From Bdellovibrionales bacterium (lineage in GTDB: Bacteria > Bdellovibrionota > Bdellovibrionia > Bdellovibrionales > JAGQZY01), in the NCBI GenBank assembly GCA_964230645.1, contig CAXRHT010000002.1, forward strand, positions 32,001-96,000: a stretch of DNA of 64,000 bases, written 5' to 3'. Made by a program: the position numbers and the translations under genes. Numbering within the stretch: the first letter of the stretch is position 1; the number at the start of each line of letters is the position of its first letter. Of the stretch, positions 1 through 9,155 are shown piece after piece. The notes beneath the pieces were generated by a model. That model was not told where the DNA came from. It saw only the letters and a list, made by a program, of their open reading frames with translations, and searched no databases.

Positions 1-243
1 CCTGCACTTTATCAGGCCAATCACCGTATTGTTCCCTTAGAGCTTGATAAGAGCCGAGAGAAGAAAGTTTACGATCTTGTCGGACCCATTTGTGAGTCAA
101 CCGACTTCCTTGGGAAAAACCGTAATATGCAAGAGCTTTATCAGGGGGATTACCTCGCGATCTGTGACACTGGCGCTTACGGTTTTTGCATGTCCAACAA
201 TTATAATTTTCACGAAAAACCCAAAGAAATCATTCTCAATTAG
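1..243 (+). CDS. lysA: Diaminopimelate decarboxylase, 3' end (truncated by window edge)
   Basis: Frame 1 translates PALYQANHRI...VGPICESTDFLG...DTGAYGFCMSNNYN, stop TAG 241-243. These are the LysA C-terminal motifs (PALY, GPICE, GAYG, SNYN). Not in the ORF track. Confidence 0.93.
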   Translation, partial: PALYQANHRIVPLELDKSREKKVYDLVGPICESTDFLGKNRNMQELYQGDYLAICDTGAYGFCMSNNYNFHEKPKEIILN

Positions 244-309
244 CACAGAGAGGAATTAGACAATCAGAGGTGGCCTCACTGGCCCCAAAGTGCTATCAGG
301 AAGCTAGAT

Positions 310-1512
310 ATGCGCGGTTTTGCTCTAATTTTTAGCCTTTTTATTATATTCTCCCAAGTGGCCCCAGCTCAGGGCGGAAAATTACTAGACGTCGTGGGAA
401 TGTCTCCGAGTGAGGAGAACTCTGAAAGCTCAGACTCCCAAAAAAAGAAAAAGGACAACGCTTCCTCAGAGGAAATCAAAAAAAAGGACCCAAAGACGGC
501 AAAAGGATGGGCTGAGCGCATCTGGATGCACAAAGTTTTCAAGACCGGCGATGACTGGGTTCGTCTCAACCAACTGGCTGTTGGTCTTCTGGTACTCATA
601 CTTGGGCTTATCTTTGCAAGCTTTACCAGTCGCACGGCCGGACGGTTTTTACAGGAACAGAAAAAAGTCCCACCCAGTGTGGCCATGGTTTTTAGAAAAT
701 CCGTGTTTTACTTCCTAGGGCTGATCGTCTTTATTTTTTCTGTTCAAATCGCCAATCTCCCTCTGGGGTTTTTAACTCTAATTGGAGCTGCTCTAGCGAT
801 AGGCGTTTCCCTAGGGGCTAAGAATACCATCTACGATTATTTAAGTGGGCTTGTGATTGCTCTCGAAAAACCCATTCGGGTGAACGACTGTATTGAAGTG
901 GATAACTACAAAGGCTTTGTGCAGGAGATCTCTGGTCGCTACACCGTGATGAGACGCTTTGATGGAATTCAGGTTCTTGTACCCAATAGTGTCTTTCTAG
1001 AAAACAGTGTCGTTAACTGGACACTCAAAGATAAGGAAATCCGAGGCGATGTGATGGTGGGTGTGACCTACGATTCTCCTGTGGAAGAGGTTTCCAAAAT
1101 TTTTCTTGAATGTATTAAAGATCACGAAGAGTCCTTAGAAACGCCGGAGTCAGGAGTTCGCTTTTGGGATTTCGGGGACAGCAGCCTTGTATTCTGGGGC
1201 TATTTTTGGGCTAAGGTTGAAAACCCCATGGACGTCTGGAGAATTGCCAGCGATATTCGTTTTGCAGTGATCAAAAGATTTAGAGAAAATGGAATCACCA
1301 TCGCTTATCCTCAGCGTGATGTTCACTTAGACACCAAAGATTTCCTCAAAGTTTCTGTGAGCCAGTCGGAAACAAAGCAAAGCCGACCCAGCGAGGACGA
1401 GTCAAAAAAACAAGACTCAGACAAAAACAATGAGGGGGCTCCCAGTCAGTCCCAAGAGAAAAAAGCGGACAAGGAGTCCTCTGAGAATTTAAAAGCCGAT
1501 GGTGAGGATTAG
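310..1512 (+). CDS. Small-conductance mechanosensitive channel (MscS family) with signal peptide and charged low-complexity termini
   Basis: TM helices, GAALAIGVSLGAKNTI..SG..I..EKPIRVND, VPNS, VVNWT, DFGDSSL, I.IAYPQRDVHL. Confidence 0.92.
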   Translation: MRGFALIFSLFIIFSQVAPAQGGKLLDVVGMSPSEENSESSDSQKKKKDNASSEEIKKKDPKTAKGWAERIWMHKVFKTGDDWVRLNQLAVGLLVLILGLIFASFTSRTAGRFLQEQKKVPPSVAMVFRKSVFYFLGLIVFIFSVQIANLPLGFLTLIGAALAIGVSLGAKNTIYDYLSGLVIALEKPIRVNDCIEVDNYKGFVQEISGRYTVMRRFDGIQVLVPNSVFLENSVVNWTLKDKEIRGDVMVGVTYDSPVEEVSKIFLECIKDHEESLETPESGVRFWDFGDSSLVFWGYFWAKVENPMDVWRIASDIRFAVIKRFRENGITIAYPQRDVHLDTKDFLKVSVSQSETKQSRPSEDESKKQDSDKNNEGAPSQSQEKKADKESSENLKADGED

Positions 1513-1632
1513 AGGCTCATTCTTAAATGACATGAAACTTAAATGTCAGACGGGCTGTGCTTTTTCGAGGATTTAGGTCTAGTTAATTTTTTGTGATTCG
1601 ACAATTATGGGAGGAAGTCTTATCAACGTTCT

Positions 1633-1773
1633 ATGAGATTTTCTTTCCTTATTTTAGCCCTTCTACTTTTTTCATTTATCTTTAACCGCGCTTCAGCGGC
1701 TCCTTTATCCACTGACTTGAACACCCATAGCTGTCCTTACTCTCAGTGTGTGATGATTCTTGATAGGAAATAG
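1633..1773 (+). CDS. Putative 46-aa secreted peptide
   Basis: Hand translation MRFSFLILALLLFSFIFNRASAAPLSTDLNTHSCPYSQCVMILDRK; signal-peptide-like N-terminus with ASA-A site; no well-spaced SD. Confidence 0.45.
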   Translation: MRFSFLILALLLFSFIFNRASAAPLSTDLNTHSCPYSQCVMILDRK

Positions 1774-1895
1774 TGCTATCAATTGTTAGAAAAAGGTCAG
1801 AACTATTGGTTTTATTGGCTTTTGAAAAGTCTACAGTTTTATATTCTAAAAAATTGGTTTACTGATCTCACCAACCCTTTCGGTGGAGTGATGTC

Positions 1896-2177
1896 ATGAA
1901 AATTATTTTAGCCTTTTTTGTAGTGTTTAGCGTTTCCGTTTCCTTTGCTGAGACGACCGAGCCCTGTATATCTTTAGAGACAGCTCAAGAAATCTTGACG
2001 GTCAACCTTTTGGCTCAGGGAAACTATGTGGATCAACAAGGAGTCCTGGATGATTTTTTGGTGCAACAACTAGAATATTTGGACGGTGCTTATCAAGCTG
2101 TGGATGAGCTAGAGTTTCGTGAGAACATCGTTGTCACCGTGACTTGTCTTGGAGAGTACAGCCTCCAGGGTCTCTAA
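1896..2177 (+). CDS. Small secreted hypothetical protein
   Basis: GGAG SD upstream; signal peptide ending SFA; acidic mature region with two Cys. Confidence 0.75.
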   Translation: MKIILAFFVVFSVSVSFAETTEPCISLETAQEILTVNLLAQGNYVDQQGVLDDFLVQQLEYLDGAYQAVDELEFRENIVVTVTCLGEYSLQGL

Positions 2178-2323
2178 AAAGGCCCTAATCGCTTTCCTCA
2201 CAGGTTCTGTCATAAGAAATTCCCAGTATTATTGCAGCTGGCGCAATGGCCAGTGACAGACTTCATCCCAGTCGCTAGGGTCAGGGCGCCTTTGAGGCGT
2301 TCAACAGCAAATGTGGGGGAGCG

Positions 2324-4084
2324 ATGAAGTACTTATCCATCTTATTTCTTTTTCTAGCAGCATGTAGCAATTCTCAAACAAGCTCTTGTGGGGCTGATAA
2401 ACTTTTCTCGGATTACGAAAATTGGCGTCTTGAAACCTTTCCCTCTTATGCCTCTAGTCGAAATCATGGCAAAAGGCATGATTCCTTTTTTCAAAACACA
2501 GAAGAAAATATTTCCAAGGTTCATGAAGAAAAAAAGGATTTCTTAACTAGAGCTGAAAAACTTATGAAAAGTAAATCCTGTGAAAGCCAGGATACTAATC
2601 TGTCTTTGTTTCATTATGATCTAAAAGAAAGTATTGAGGGCTATAAATACAACACTCGCTTTATTGAGTTCTCCTCTCTTGGCGGTCCCCATACCAGCCT
2701 TCCACAAATGTATAAGAGGGTGCCTTTAGAGACTAAGCAAAATTATCAGGACTATCTGACACGACTGTCAAAAATTCCCGAGGTGTTTGAGCAAAGTAAA
2801 ACGCTCTCAAGAAAAGGTATGAAATTAAAAATGGTTCCCCCGAAAGTCACCTTCAAGGGGTATGAGTCTAGCTTCCTTGATCTGGCAAAAGGGGAGGCTG
2901 AAGAGTCGTCTTTTTATAAACCCTTTAAAGATTTACCCGAGGGATTTTCAGAGAAAACTAAAGAGGATCTTCGTAAAAAGGCCAAAAAAATAATTTCTGA
3001 AAAGGTGCAGCCGGCCTACAAAGACCTTCACCAATTTTGGACAAAAGAATACTACCCCAATTTGCGGGAAGGGATTGCGGCCTCGGATTTGCCTCAGGGT
3101 GAGGAGTATTACAACTTCCAAGTGAGGAAAATGACCACTCTCGATGTCAGTGCCAAAGAGGTTCACGAAATCGGACTTCGAGAAGTAAAGCGCATTCGCT
3201 CGGAGATGGAAAAGATAGCTGCCAAAAAAGGTTTTGCTAACGATTTATCAGGGTTCTTTGAGCACTTACGTACAAGTCCTCAGTACTATGCAAAGACCGA
3301 AAAAGATCTTCTTGAAAAGACAGCCCTTATTCTTAAAACAATTGATGGAAAATTACCGAAGCTTTTTAAAGAGCTTCCCAGTCTTCCCTATGGAATTGAA
3401 CCCATTCCCAGTTTTATTGCTGAGAAGTCGCCTGCGGCCTACTATAACAGTGGACGTTTTGAGATTGGTAAGTCAGGGACTTTCCAGATCAATTTGTCTG
3501 ATCTAAACAGTCGCCCTCTTTATAACCTTGTGGCTCTGTCTTTACACGAAGCCGTTCCGGGTCACCATCTACAAATCGCTCTAGCGCAAGAGCTTAAAGG
3601 TCTTCCCGAGTTTCGTAAAAACTCGGGCCCAACAGCTTTTGTCGAAGGTTGGGCTCTTTATGCTGAGTCTCTGGGTGAAAAAGTAGGAATGTACGAAGAT
3701 CCTCTCGATGATTTCGGCCGTCTGACCTATGAACAATGGCGCGCCATGAGATTGGTGGTCGACACGGGGATTCACGCCTTAGGTTGGTCTCGGGAGAAAG
3801 CTATTAATTTTATGAAAGAAAATTCGGGGCTCTCAGAAAAGAACATTGTTGCGGAAGTGGACCGTTACATCAATTGGCCAGGACAAGCTCTCGCTTATAA
3901 AATGGGGCAGTTAAAGATTCTTGAACTTCGAGACTTCTCGGAAAAGGAACTGGGAGAAAAGTTTGATATCCGTGATTTCCATCAGGTGGTTTTAGGCTCA
4001 GGAGCCATTCCTCTCCCCATGCTTGAGGAAAACGTCAAAGAGTATGTTAAGAAGATGAGAGTTCCTCAAAAAAGACAAGGCTAA
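2324..4084 (+). CDS. DUF885 family lipoprotein (putative metallopeptidase)
   Basis: Lipobox LAAC; HEAVPGHHLQ, AFVEGWALYAE, RAMRLVVDTGIH, EVDRYI.WPGQALAYKMG. Confidence 0.93.
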   Translation: MKYLSILFLFLAACSNSQTSSCGADKLFSDYENWRLETFPSYASSRNHGKRHDSFFQNTEENISKVHEEKKDFLTRAEKLMKSKSCESQDTNLSLFHYDLKESIEGYKYNTRFIEFSSLGGPHTSLPQMYKRVPLETKQNYQDYLTRLSKIPEVFEQSKTLSRKGMKLKMVPPKVTFKGYESSFLDLAKGEAEESSFYKPFKDLPEGFSEKTKEDLRKKAKKIISEKVQPAYKDLHQFWTKEYYPNLREGIAASDLPQGEEYYNFQVRKMTTLDVSAKEVHEIGLREVKRIRSEMEKIAAKKGFANDLSGFFEHLRTSPQYYAKTEKDLLEKTALILKTIDGKLPKLFKELPSLPYGIEPIPSFIAEKSPAAYYNSGRFEIGKSGTFQINLSDLNSRPLYNLVALSLHEAVPGHHLQIALAQELKGLPEFRKNSGPTAFVEGWALYAESLGEKVGMYEDPLDDFGRLTYEQWRAMRLVVDTGIHALGWSREKAINFMKENSGLSEKNIVAEVDRYINWPGQALAYKMGQLKILELRDFSEKELGEKFDIRDFHQVVLGSGAIPLPMLEENVKEYVKKMRVPQKRQG

Positions 4085-4224
4085 AATTCCTTAATTAAAG
4101 CCTTTCTTTGTAACATAAAAATTTTTCTTTTTTTGAAACAGGTGTTTCTTACTTTGCTAGAACACCTGCTCCATTATTAGGTTGCAGTACAGATAGTCTC
4201 TTTTGTTTTTTGGAAGTTCGTTCT

Positions 4225-4253
4225 TTTCAATTGCCCCGTGTTAAGGATAGAAT
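4225..4253 (+). promoter_or_regulatory. Putative sigma70 promoter, possibly leaderless
   Basis: TTTCAA-N17-TAGAAT, 6 nt before ATG 4260. Confidence 0.4.
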
Positions 4254-4259
4254 CGACCG

Positions 4260-6095
4260 ATGGCCCAAAGAGCTGAAAAATTAAAAAAGCATTTTATCAG
4301 CTTCGTTCAAACCGGAGCCTCAGGTAGTCCCAACGACCCACTCAATCGCATCATTATATTTTGTAACTTTAGTGCGCTTATAGCTATCGTTGGCTCGATG
4401 ACAGTGGCTTGGCAACTCTCTACTTGGGGTATTGAGCCCTCTTACATGATCACACAATTCTTCACCGCTTTCTTAGGTGGATTGTTGATCCTTTTTAATG
4501 TGCTTGGACACCATTTGATCGCTCGAATATTTACAGCTCTCGTGATCAACCTTGCTGCCTGGAATGCCATGTTTTTCTTTGGTAAAAGCTTTAATGGTTA
4601 CCTCTTATTTTTTGCGGCTATTGCCTTTAGTATTTTAGCCTTTGGTTCTCAGGAAAAACAGATCCGACGATTTTTTATCTTTGTTTCCATTCTTGGTATG
4701 CCTTTATCTGATTGGTTGTACGCTGAAGCCATTTTGCCGGTGACTTCTTTTCATTCCTCTCAGGCGCCTTTTTCGCTTTTAATCACAGACACCATGATTG
4801 TAACGATTGTGCTGGTCTCGTTACTCTTTATTGAGAAGTCCAATTCTGAAAAATATGAAGGGGAGCTTAAAGCTTTAAATGCTCAACTTGAGGACAAGGT
4901 TAAACAAAGAACTGAGATGCTCAAAAAAGCCAATCATCGTGCGATTAAAGCCAACAAGGCTAAATCTCAGTTTATCGCAAACACCTCTCATGAGTTGCGA
5001 ACACCGCTGACAGCCATCCTTGGCTTTGTGGATCTTCTCCAAAAAGGAGGCTATTCCAAAGAGCAGCACAAGGAGTACTTGGGTATTATTGAGCGAAGCT
5101 CTAAACAATTGATCGACATTGTGAACGATGTTCTCGATCTTTCAAAGATGGAAGCCAACAAACTTGAGATCAATCGAGAGTTAGTGAACTCTCGTGAGTT
5201 TTTTCAAGACATTGAAATGCTCATGGCTTTAAGAGCTAAGGAAAAGAATTTAGATTTTGAAATAAAATTAAGCAAAGAAGTCCCAAGTCATATTTTTGTA
5301 GACCCGTTGAGATTAAAACAAATCTTAGTGAATCTGGTTGGAAATGCCATTAAGTTCACGGAATTCGGAGAGGTGAGTGTTCAGATCTCTTTTAGTAGCA
5401 CTCATCAAAAACTTTTAGCTAAAATTCGCGATACAGGTCCTGGTATTAACCCACAAGTCAGAGAAAAACTTTTCCGCCCTTTCTCTCAAGGGGATGATTC
5501 TTTGAGACGTCTTCATGGAGGCACCGGTTTAGGTCTTGCTCTTTCATTCAATCTTGCAAAGAAGATGGGAGGGTCTCTTGAATTAAAAGAGTCTTCTATT
5601 GGTAAGGGGAGTGTTTTCGAACTTGAAATCGATATTGAGCATTCTTATATCACCTCTCAAACTCCGCTACAAAAAAACGAAAACCCTGTAAAAGCCAAAC
5701 CTATCATAGAGGGGATGCTCAAAGGTAAAGATATCCTTGTAGTGGATGATTCCCCTGATAATCGGCTTCTTATCTCGCAATACATGAAAGCCTCGGGTGG
5801 ACATGTTGATATGAAGGCTAACGGACACGAGGCTCTTGAGACCCTCAAAAAAGATCCAGGACGTTATGATGCTGTCATAATGGATTTACAAATGCCTATT
5901 ATGGACGGCTACGAAGCCACAAAAATACTTAGGAGCTGGGGTTATTCCCAGCCGATCGTGGCTTTCTCCGCTCACGCTATGACCGAAGAAAAAGAAAAAG
6001 CTCTTCGCTCGGGATTTAGTTCTTACCTTTCAAAGCCTGTGACTCAGTCGGAGTTAATCAGCCGTATCAATGATGTGATCGATCAGAGACCCTAA
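4260..6095 (+). CDS. Membrane-bound hybrid sensor histidine kinase/response regulator
   Basis: Multi-TM N-terminus; H-box SHELRTPL; NLVGNAIKFT; DTGPGI; GGTGLGL; receiver VVDD..D, MDLQMP.MDG, KP. Confidence 0.95.
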   Translation: MAQRAEKLKKHFISFVQTGASGSPNDPLNRIIIFCNFSALIAIVGSMTVAWQLSTWGIEPSYMITQFFTAFLGGLLILFNVLGHHLIARIFTALVINLAAWNAMFFFGKSFNGYLLFFAAIAFSILAFGSQEKQIRRFFIFVSILGMPLSDWLYAEAILPVTSFHSSQAPFSLLITDTMIVTIVLVSLLFIEKSNSEKYEGELKALNAQLEDKVKQRTEMLKKANHRAIKANKAKSQFIANTSHELRTPLTAILGFVDLLQKGGYSKEQHKEYLGIIERSSKQLIDIVNDVLDLSKMEANKLEINRELVNSREFFQDIEMLMALRAKEKNLDFEIKLSKEVPSHIFVDPLRLKQILVNLVGNAIKFTEFGEVSVQISFSSTHQKLLAKIRDTGPGINPQVREKLFRPFSQGDDSLRRLHGGTGLGLALSFNLAKKMGGSLELKESSIGKGSVFELEIDIEHSYITSQTPLQKNENPVKAKPIIEGMLKGKDILVVDDSPDNRLLISQYMKASGGHVDMKANGHEALETLKKDPGRYDAVIMDLQMPIMDGYEATKILRSWGYSQPIVAFSAHAMTEEKEKALRSGFSSYLSKPVTQSELISRINDVIDQRP

Positions 6096-6220
6096 TTAGA
6101 AGTCTATTGTTTTTGAGACATATCACTTTTAGCTATATCTCTATATTATTTAAGAATTTGTTTTCGCTACTTGATTCCTTTAAATCTCTTAGGAGTTTAA
6201 AGAAAAACCGGGAGATAATT

Positions 6221-7255
6221 ATGAAAACAATTTTAATAGCAGCACTCTTTTTTTTGAGTATTAATGCACAATCAGCTCTACCCAGTCATTACGCCGTTGT
6301 TGCCAATCGTGGTGAATCCACTATTTCGTTGATCGACTCACAAAGTCTAGAGGTCGTGAAGACCATCGGTGAAAAGAGTGTGGGTTACGAATTTGAACCC
6401 ATGTACGCCTCACATTTAAGTGGGACAGGGGTTTTTGTCGTTGGGGACCGAAAAGCTAGCCAACTTTTGATTTTCGATGACGAAAGTGGTGAGCTTTTAC
6501 TACTTCAGCCTCTTTCGAAAGGGGTTTTTCATCAGTGGACAAGACCTGGAGATAATGAGGTTGTGGTTGCTACTGACACTCAGCCAGGGGCCGATTTGAT
6601 TCGCATCACTCGTGGCGAAAATGGCGAGATCTCTTTAGAAAAACGTCGTTTCAACTTGCCCAGTAATCATGAAGGGTCAGTTCCTCATGATGTGGTATTA
6701 GATGATAGTCATTTTTACCTAACAGCTCACGCCCAAGATGCCTCTGGAAAGATGTTCGATAAAATTTTTAAAGTCGAACGTGAAACTTTAGAAGTTGAAG
6801 ATGTTATGGAGTTTTCTGCAGACGTTCATGTCGGTCTTCCTCAGAACTCCCCTTATTTGCTTGTGGCGGAACAATCAGGAGTTTTAAACTTCCTGACTCG
6901 AGACGATATGACGGTGGTCAAACGGGTGACAGATCTCACAGGTGCTCACGGTCTTTTTTGGAAAAGTGACGCGAGCACAGTTTATAGTGCGAATATTTCA
7001 AGTCGTGCTATGGGTGCTCTGTATGTCATCAATAACAAGCCCTTTGGTCCCGCAAATTTAGTTAATATTTTAGATTCAAGTTCAGACACTCCTCACAACC
7101 TTGTGGCTGATTTTGATAACAATGTTTTATTTCTCACCCATTCAGGGATGAACAATATTGTTTCCGTTTATGACATTTCTAACGGGGCAAAGCTAATGAA
7201 GTCCATAACCACCGGAGCCAACCCTTTTGGAATTGGAATAGTGCAGAGAAAGTAA
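6221..7255 (+). CDS. Secreted YVTN/YncE-like beta-propeller protein
   Basis: Start moved to ATG 6221 (GGAG SD, MKTILIAAL signal peptide); VANRGESTISLID and TGANPFGI blade motifs. Confidence 0.8.
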   Translation: MKTILIAALFFLSINAQSALPSHYAVVANRGESTISLIDSQSLEVVKTIGEKSVGYEFEPMYASHLSGTGVFVVGDRKASQLLIFDDESGELLLLQPLSKGVFHQWTRPGDNEVVVATDTQPGADLIRITRGENGEISLEKRRFNLPSNHEGSVPHDVVLDDSHFYLTAHAQDASGKMFDKIFKVERETLEVEDVMEFSADVHVGLPQNSPYLLVAEQSGVLNFLTRDDMTVVKRVTDLTGAHGLFWKSDASTVYSANISSRAMGALYVINNKPFGPANLVNILDSSSDTPHNLVADFDNNVLFLTHSGMNNIVSVYDISNGAKLMKSITTGANPFGIGIVQRK

Positions 7256-7273
7256 AAATAAAAGCTGGAACAG

Positions 7274-7307
7274 AAAAAGGAATGGGTGCTGACCTATTCC
7301 TTTTTTT
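7274..7307. terminator. Bidirectional intrinsic terminator
   Basis: AAAAAGGAATGGGT-GCTG-ACCTATTCCTTTTTTT between convergent genes. Confidence 0.8.
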
Positions 7308-9012
7308 AATAGAGTCCCTCGCGAGCAAGAATCTTTAAGGCGTTGGTACTTTTTGATGGGCCTTCTTTGATTTTGTAGTCAAAAACCAGATCCTCTTCAT
7401 CCCACTTTTCACTAAAGTGATAATTATCAACGAGTGATTCGTTTTGCGCCAGTTGGGTGAGTTCAAGATCGTGGGTGGATATAAATCCACAAGCCTCAAG
7501 TCTAATGGTTGAGGTCAAATACTTTTGGTTTCCAATAAGTCGTTCTTTATTGTTGGTTCCTCTTAGTGGCTCATCAATGAGGAAAAAGACTTTTTTGTCC
7601 TCAGCCGTTTCAAGAATGGTTTTCATTCGTTTTACTTCCGCATAGAAATAAGACTGCCCATCACGAAGGGAGTCACTGACGCGAATACAAGTGACCATTT
7701 GGCGCGGCTGAAAATAAAAGTTTTTAGCAAAAACGGGAGCGCCGATTTGAGCCAGGCAAAAGTTAATTCCCACAGCCCGGAGAAAGGTGGACTTTCCACT
7801 CATATTGGAACCGGTGATAATAAAAACCTTTTTAGGTCCTGAATTAAAATCATTTTTAATAATCATGTCTTGATTGATTAAGGGGTGCGAGAGGTTTTCA
7901 AAAGAAATAAACTCCTCTTCTTTTTCCTCGGCCCAGGTGGTGTTGTGATAAATGTTGAGGTTTGCTAGGGACCCTAAAGCTTCAAGTTCGATGATCTCAG
8001 GGCTCCACTGGTTAAAGCTTTTTTCAAAACCTTTGCGGGCCTTTTCACAGCGCTCGGCTAGAAAAAAATCCCATGGGACAATAAGGTTTAAAAGGTAAAA
8101 TAAAATGGGATTTGTTTTCACACTCATTAGTGAGATGAGTTGATCCATTTTGGCCACATCTTGACTGACTTGTCCTTTTTTAAGGTGAGGGAAAAAACTG
8201 ACAACTGCTGCTAACCTTTCGATGCTAGCAATTTTTCCACTTAGCTCAGAGAAGTCCTGATGCAAATCCTGCATACGAGAAAAAATGGGTCCTGTGTGTT
8301 TCAAATAGGTGAGCATACTGGCTACATAAACAAAAAGACTGATCTTCCATAAAATTGCCGGAGTGGGAAGGAAGAGAAGGACCAGAGTGGCCACCCAACT
8401 AATAGGCACGACCCATTTCCAAGAGATGTTCTCCGGGAAAAAACTTCGGGAGACCTCTTTAGCAATACGAGCAAAGTCCACCCAGTGATTCACAGGGCGC
8501 AATTGGATTTTTCTTAAAAGGCCTGGAAAATGAGTGAGCTCCTGCATGCAAAGTTGTCTTTCCTGGCGAAGACTGGAAGGGGCTTTTTGGCAGAGCCACT
8601 CGTCAAGAAGCTGACCACCTTGAACTGATAAGCAGCGTTGTAATTGGGAGTAGACATAGTGCATGTCCAAGTCTCGCGCTAAATTGGGGTCGCTCATCTG
8701 CTCAACATTAATGGGCTGGACTAGAATTCCCTGTTGGAACTGTAGCTCCTGCACATAGAAAAGCCTTAAGGCCTCTAGCGAATTGTAAAAGGCCTGTTTT
8801 TTTCGCGATATTTTGAAGTAAACAATAAAAAGGGGAAGGAAGACTCCTAAAGCGATCCATTCGAGGTAAAAACCTTTTGCGATCTGTGAGAACACAAGAA
8901 GGAGGAAGACTCCAAGGCCCCAGAAAAGGCGCAGGCTCTGGGAGCGACTTAGGCTTTGTTGAGTGTGCTTTTGTTTGTCTTCAAGTCTGGTAATTCGGTT
9001 TGTGAGATTCAT
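7306..9012 (-). CDS. Membrane-anchored MutS-related ATPase (domain V only)
   Basis: Two pairs of TM helices, then ITGSNMSGKSTFLR, SYFYAEVKR, LIDEPLRGTN, STHDLEL; start uncertain (9012 or 9027). Confidence 0.88.
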   Translation of the reverse strand: MNLTNRITRLEDKQKHTQQSLSRSQSLRLFWGLGVFLLLVFSQIAKGFYLEWIALGVFLPLFIVYFKISRKKQAFYNSLEALRLFYVQELQFQQGILVQPINVEQMSDPNLARDLDMHYVYSQLQRCLSVQGGQLLDEWLCQKAPSSLRQERQLCMQELTHFPGLLRKIQLRPVNHWVDFARIAKEVSRSFFPENISWKWVVPISWVATLVLLFLPTPAILWKISLFVYVASMLTYLKHTGPIFSRMQDLHQDFSELSGKIASIERLAAVVSFFPHLKKGQVSQDVAKMDQLISLMSVKTNPILFYLLNLIVPWDFFLAERCEKARKGFEKSFNQWSPEIIELEALGSLANLNIYHNTTWAEEKEEEFISFENLSHPLINQDMIIKNDFNSGPKKVFIITGSNMSGKSTFLRAVGINFCLAQIGAPVFAKNFYFQPRQMVTCIRVSDSLRDGQSYFYAEVKRMKTILETAEDKKVFFLIDEPLRGTNNKERLIGNQKYLTSTIRLEACGFISTHDLELTQLAQNESLVDNYHFSEKWDEEDLVFDYKIKEGPSKSTNALKILAREGLY

Positions 9013-9155
9013 GTTGCTCTTGCTCAAATTATGGTCATCGTTGGACCTATTAAAGGGGTCTTATGCTCCCTTTATCATTGCAATTTTTGGTGGGAATGAA
9101 AAGCCTGTGCTCTTACATTGCTTTTATGACTCAGTGCTGTTAAATCTTCGGGATT

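Noticed and set aside
44..259. 71-aa ORF in the track
   Set aside because: Out-of-frame shadow of the lysA 3' end
2178..2323. Possible riboswitch or ncRNA upstream of the DUF885 gene (TCTGTCA...TGACAGA, CTGGC...GCCAG, GCGCCT...AGGCGT)
   Set aside because: Stems are short and match no riboswitch consensus I recognise; an Rfam/Infernal search would be needed
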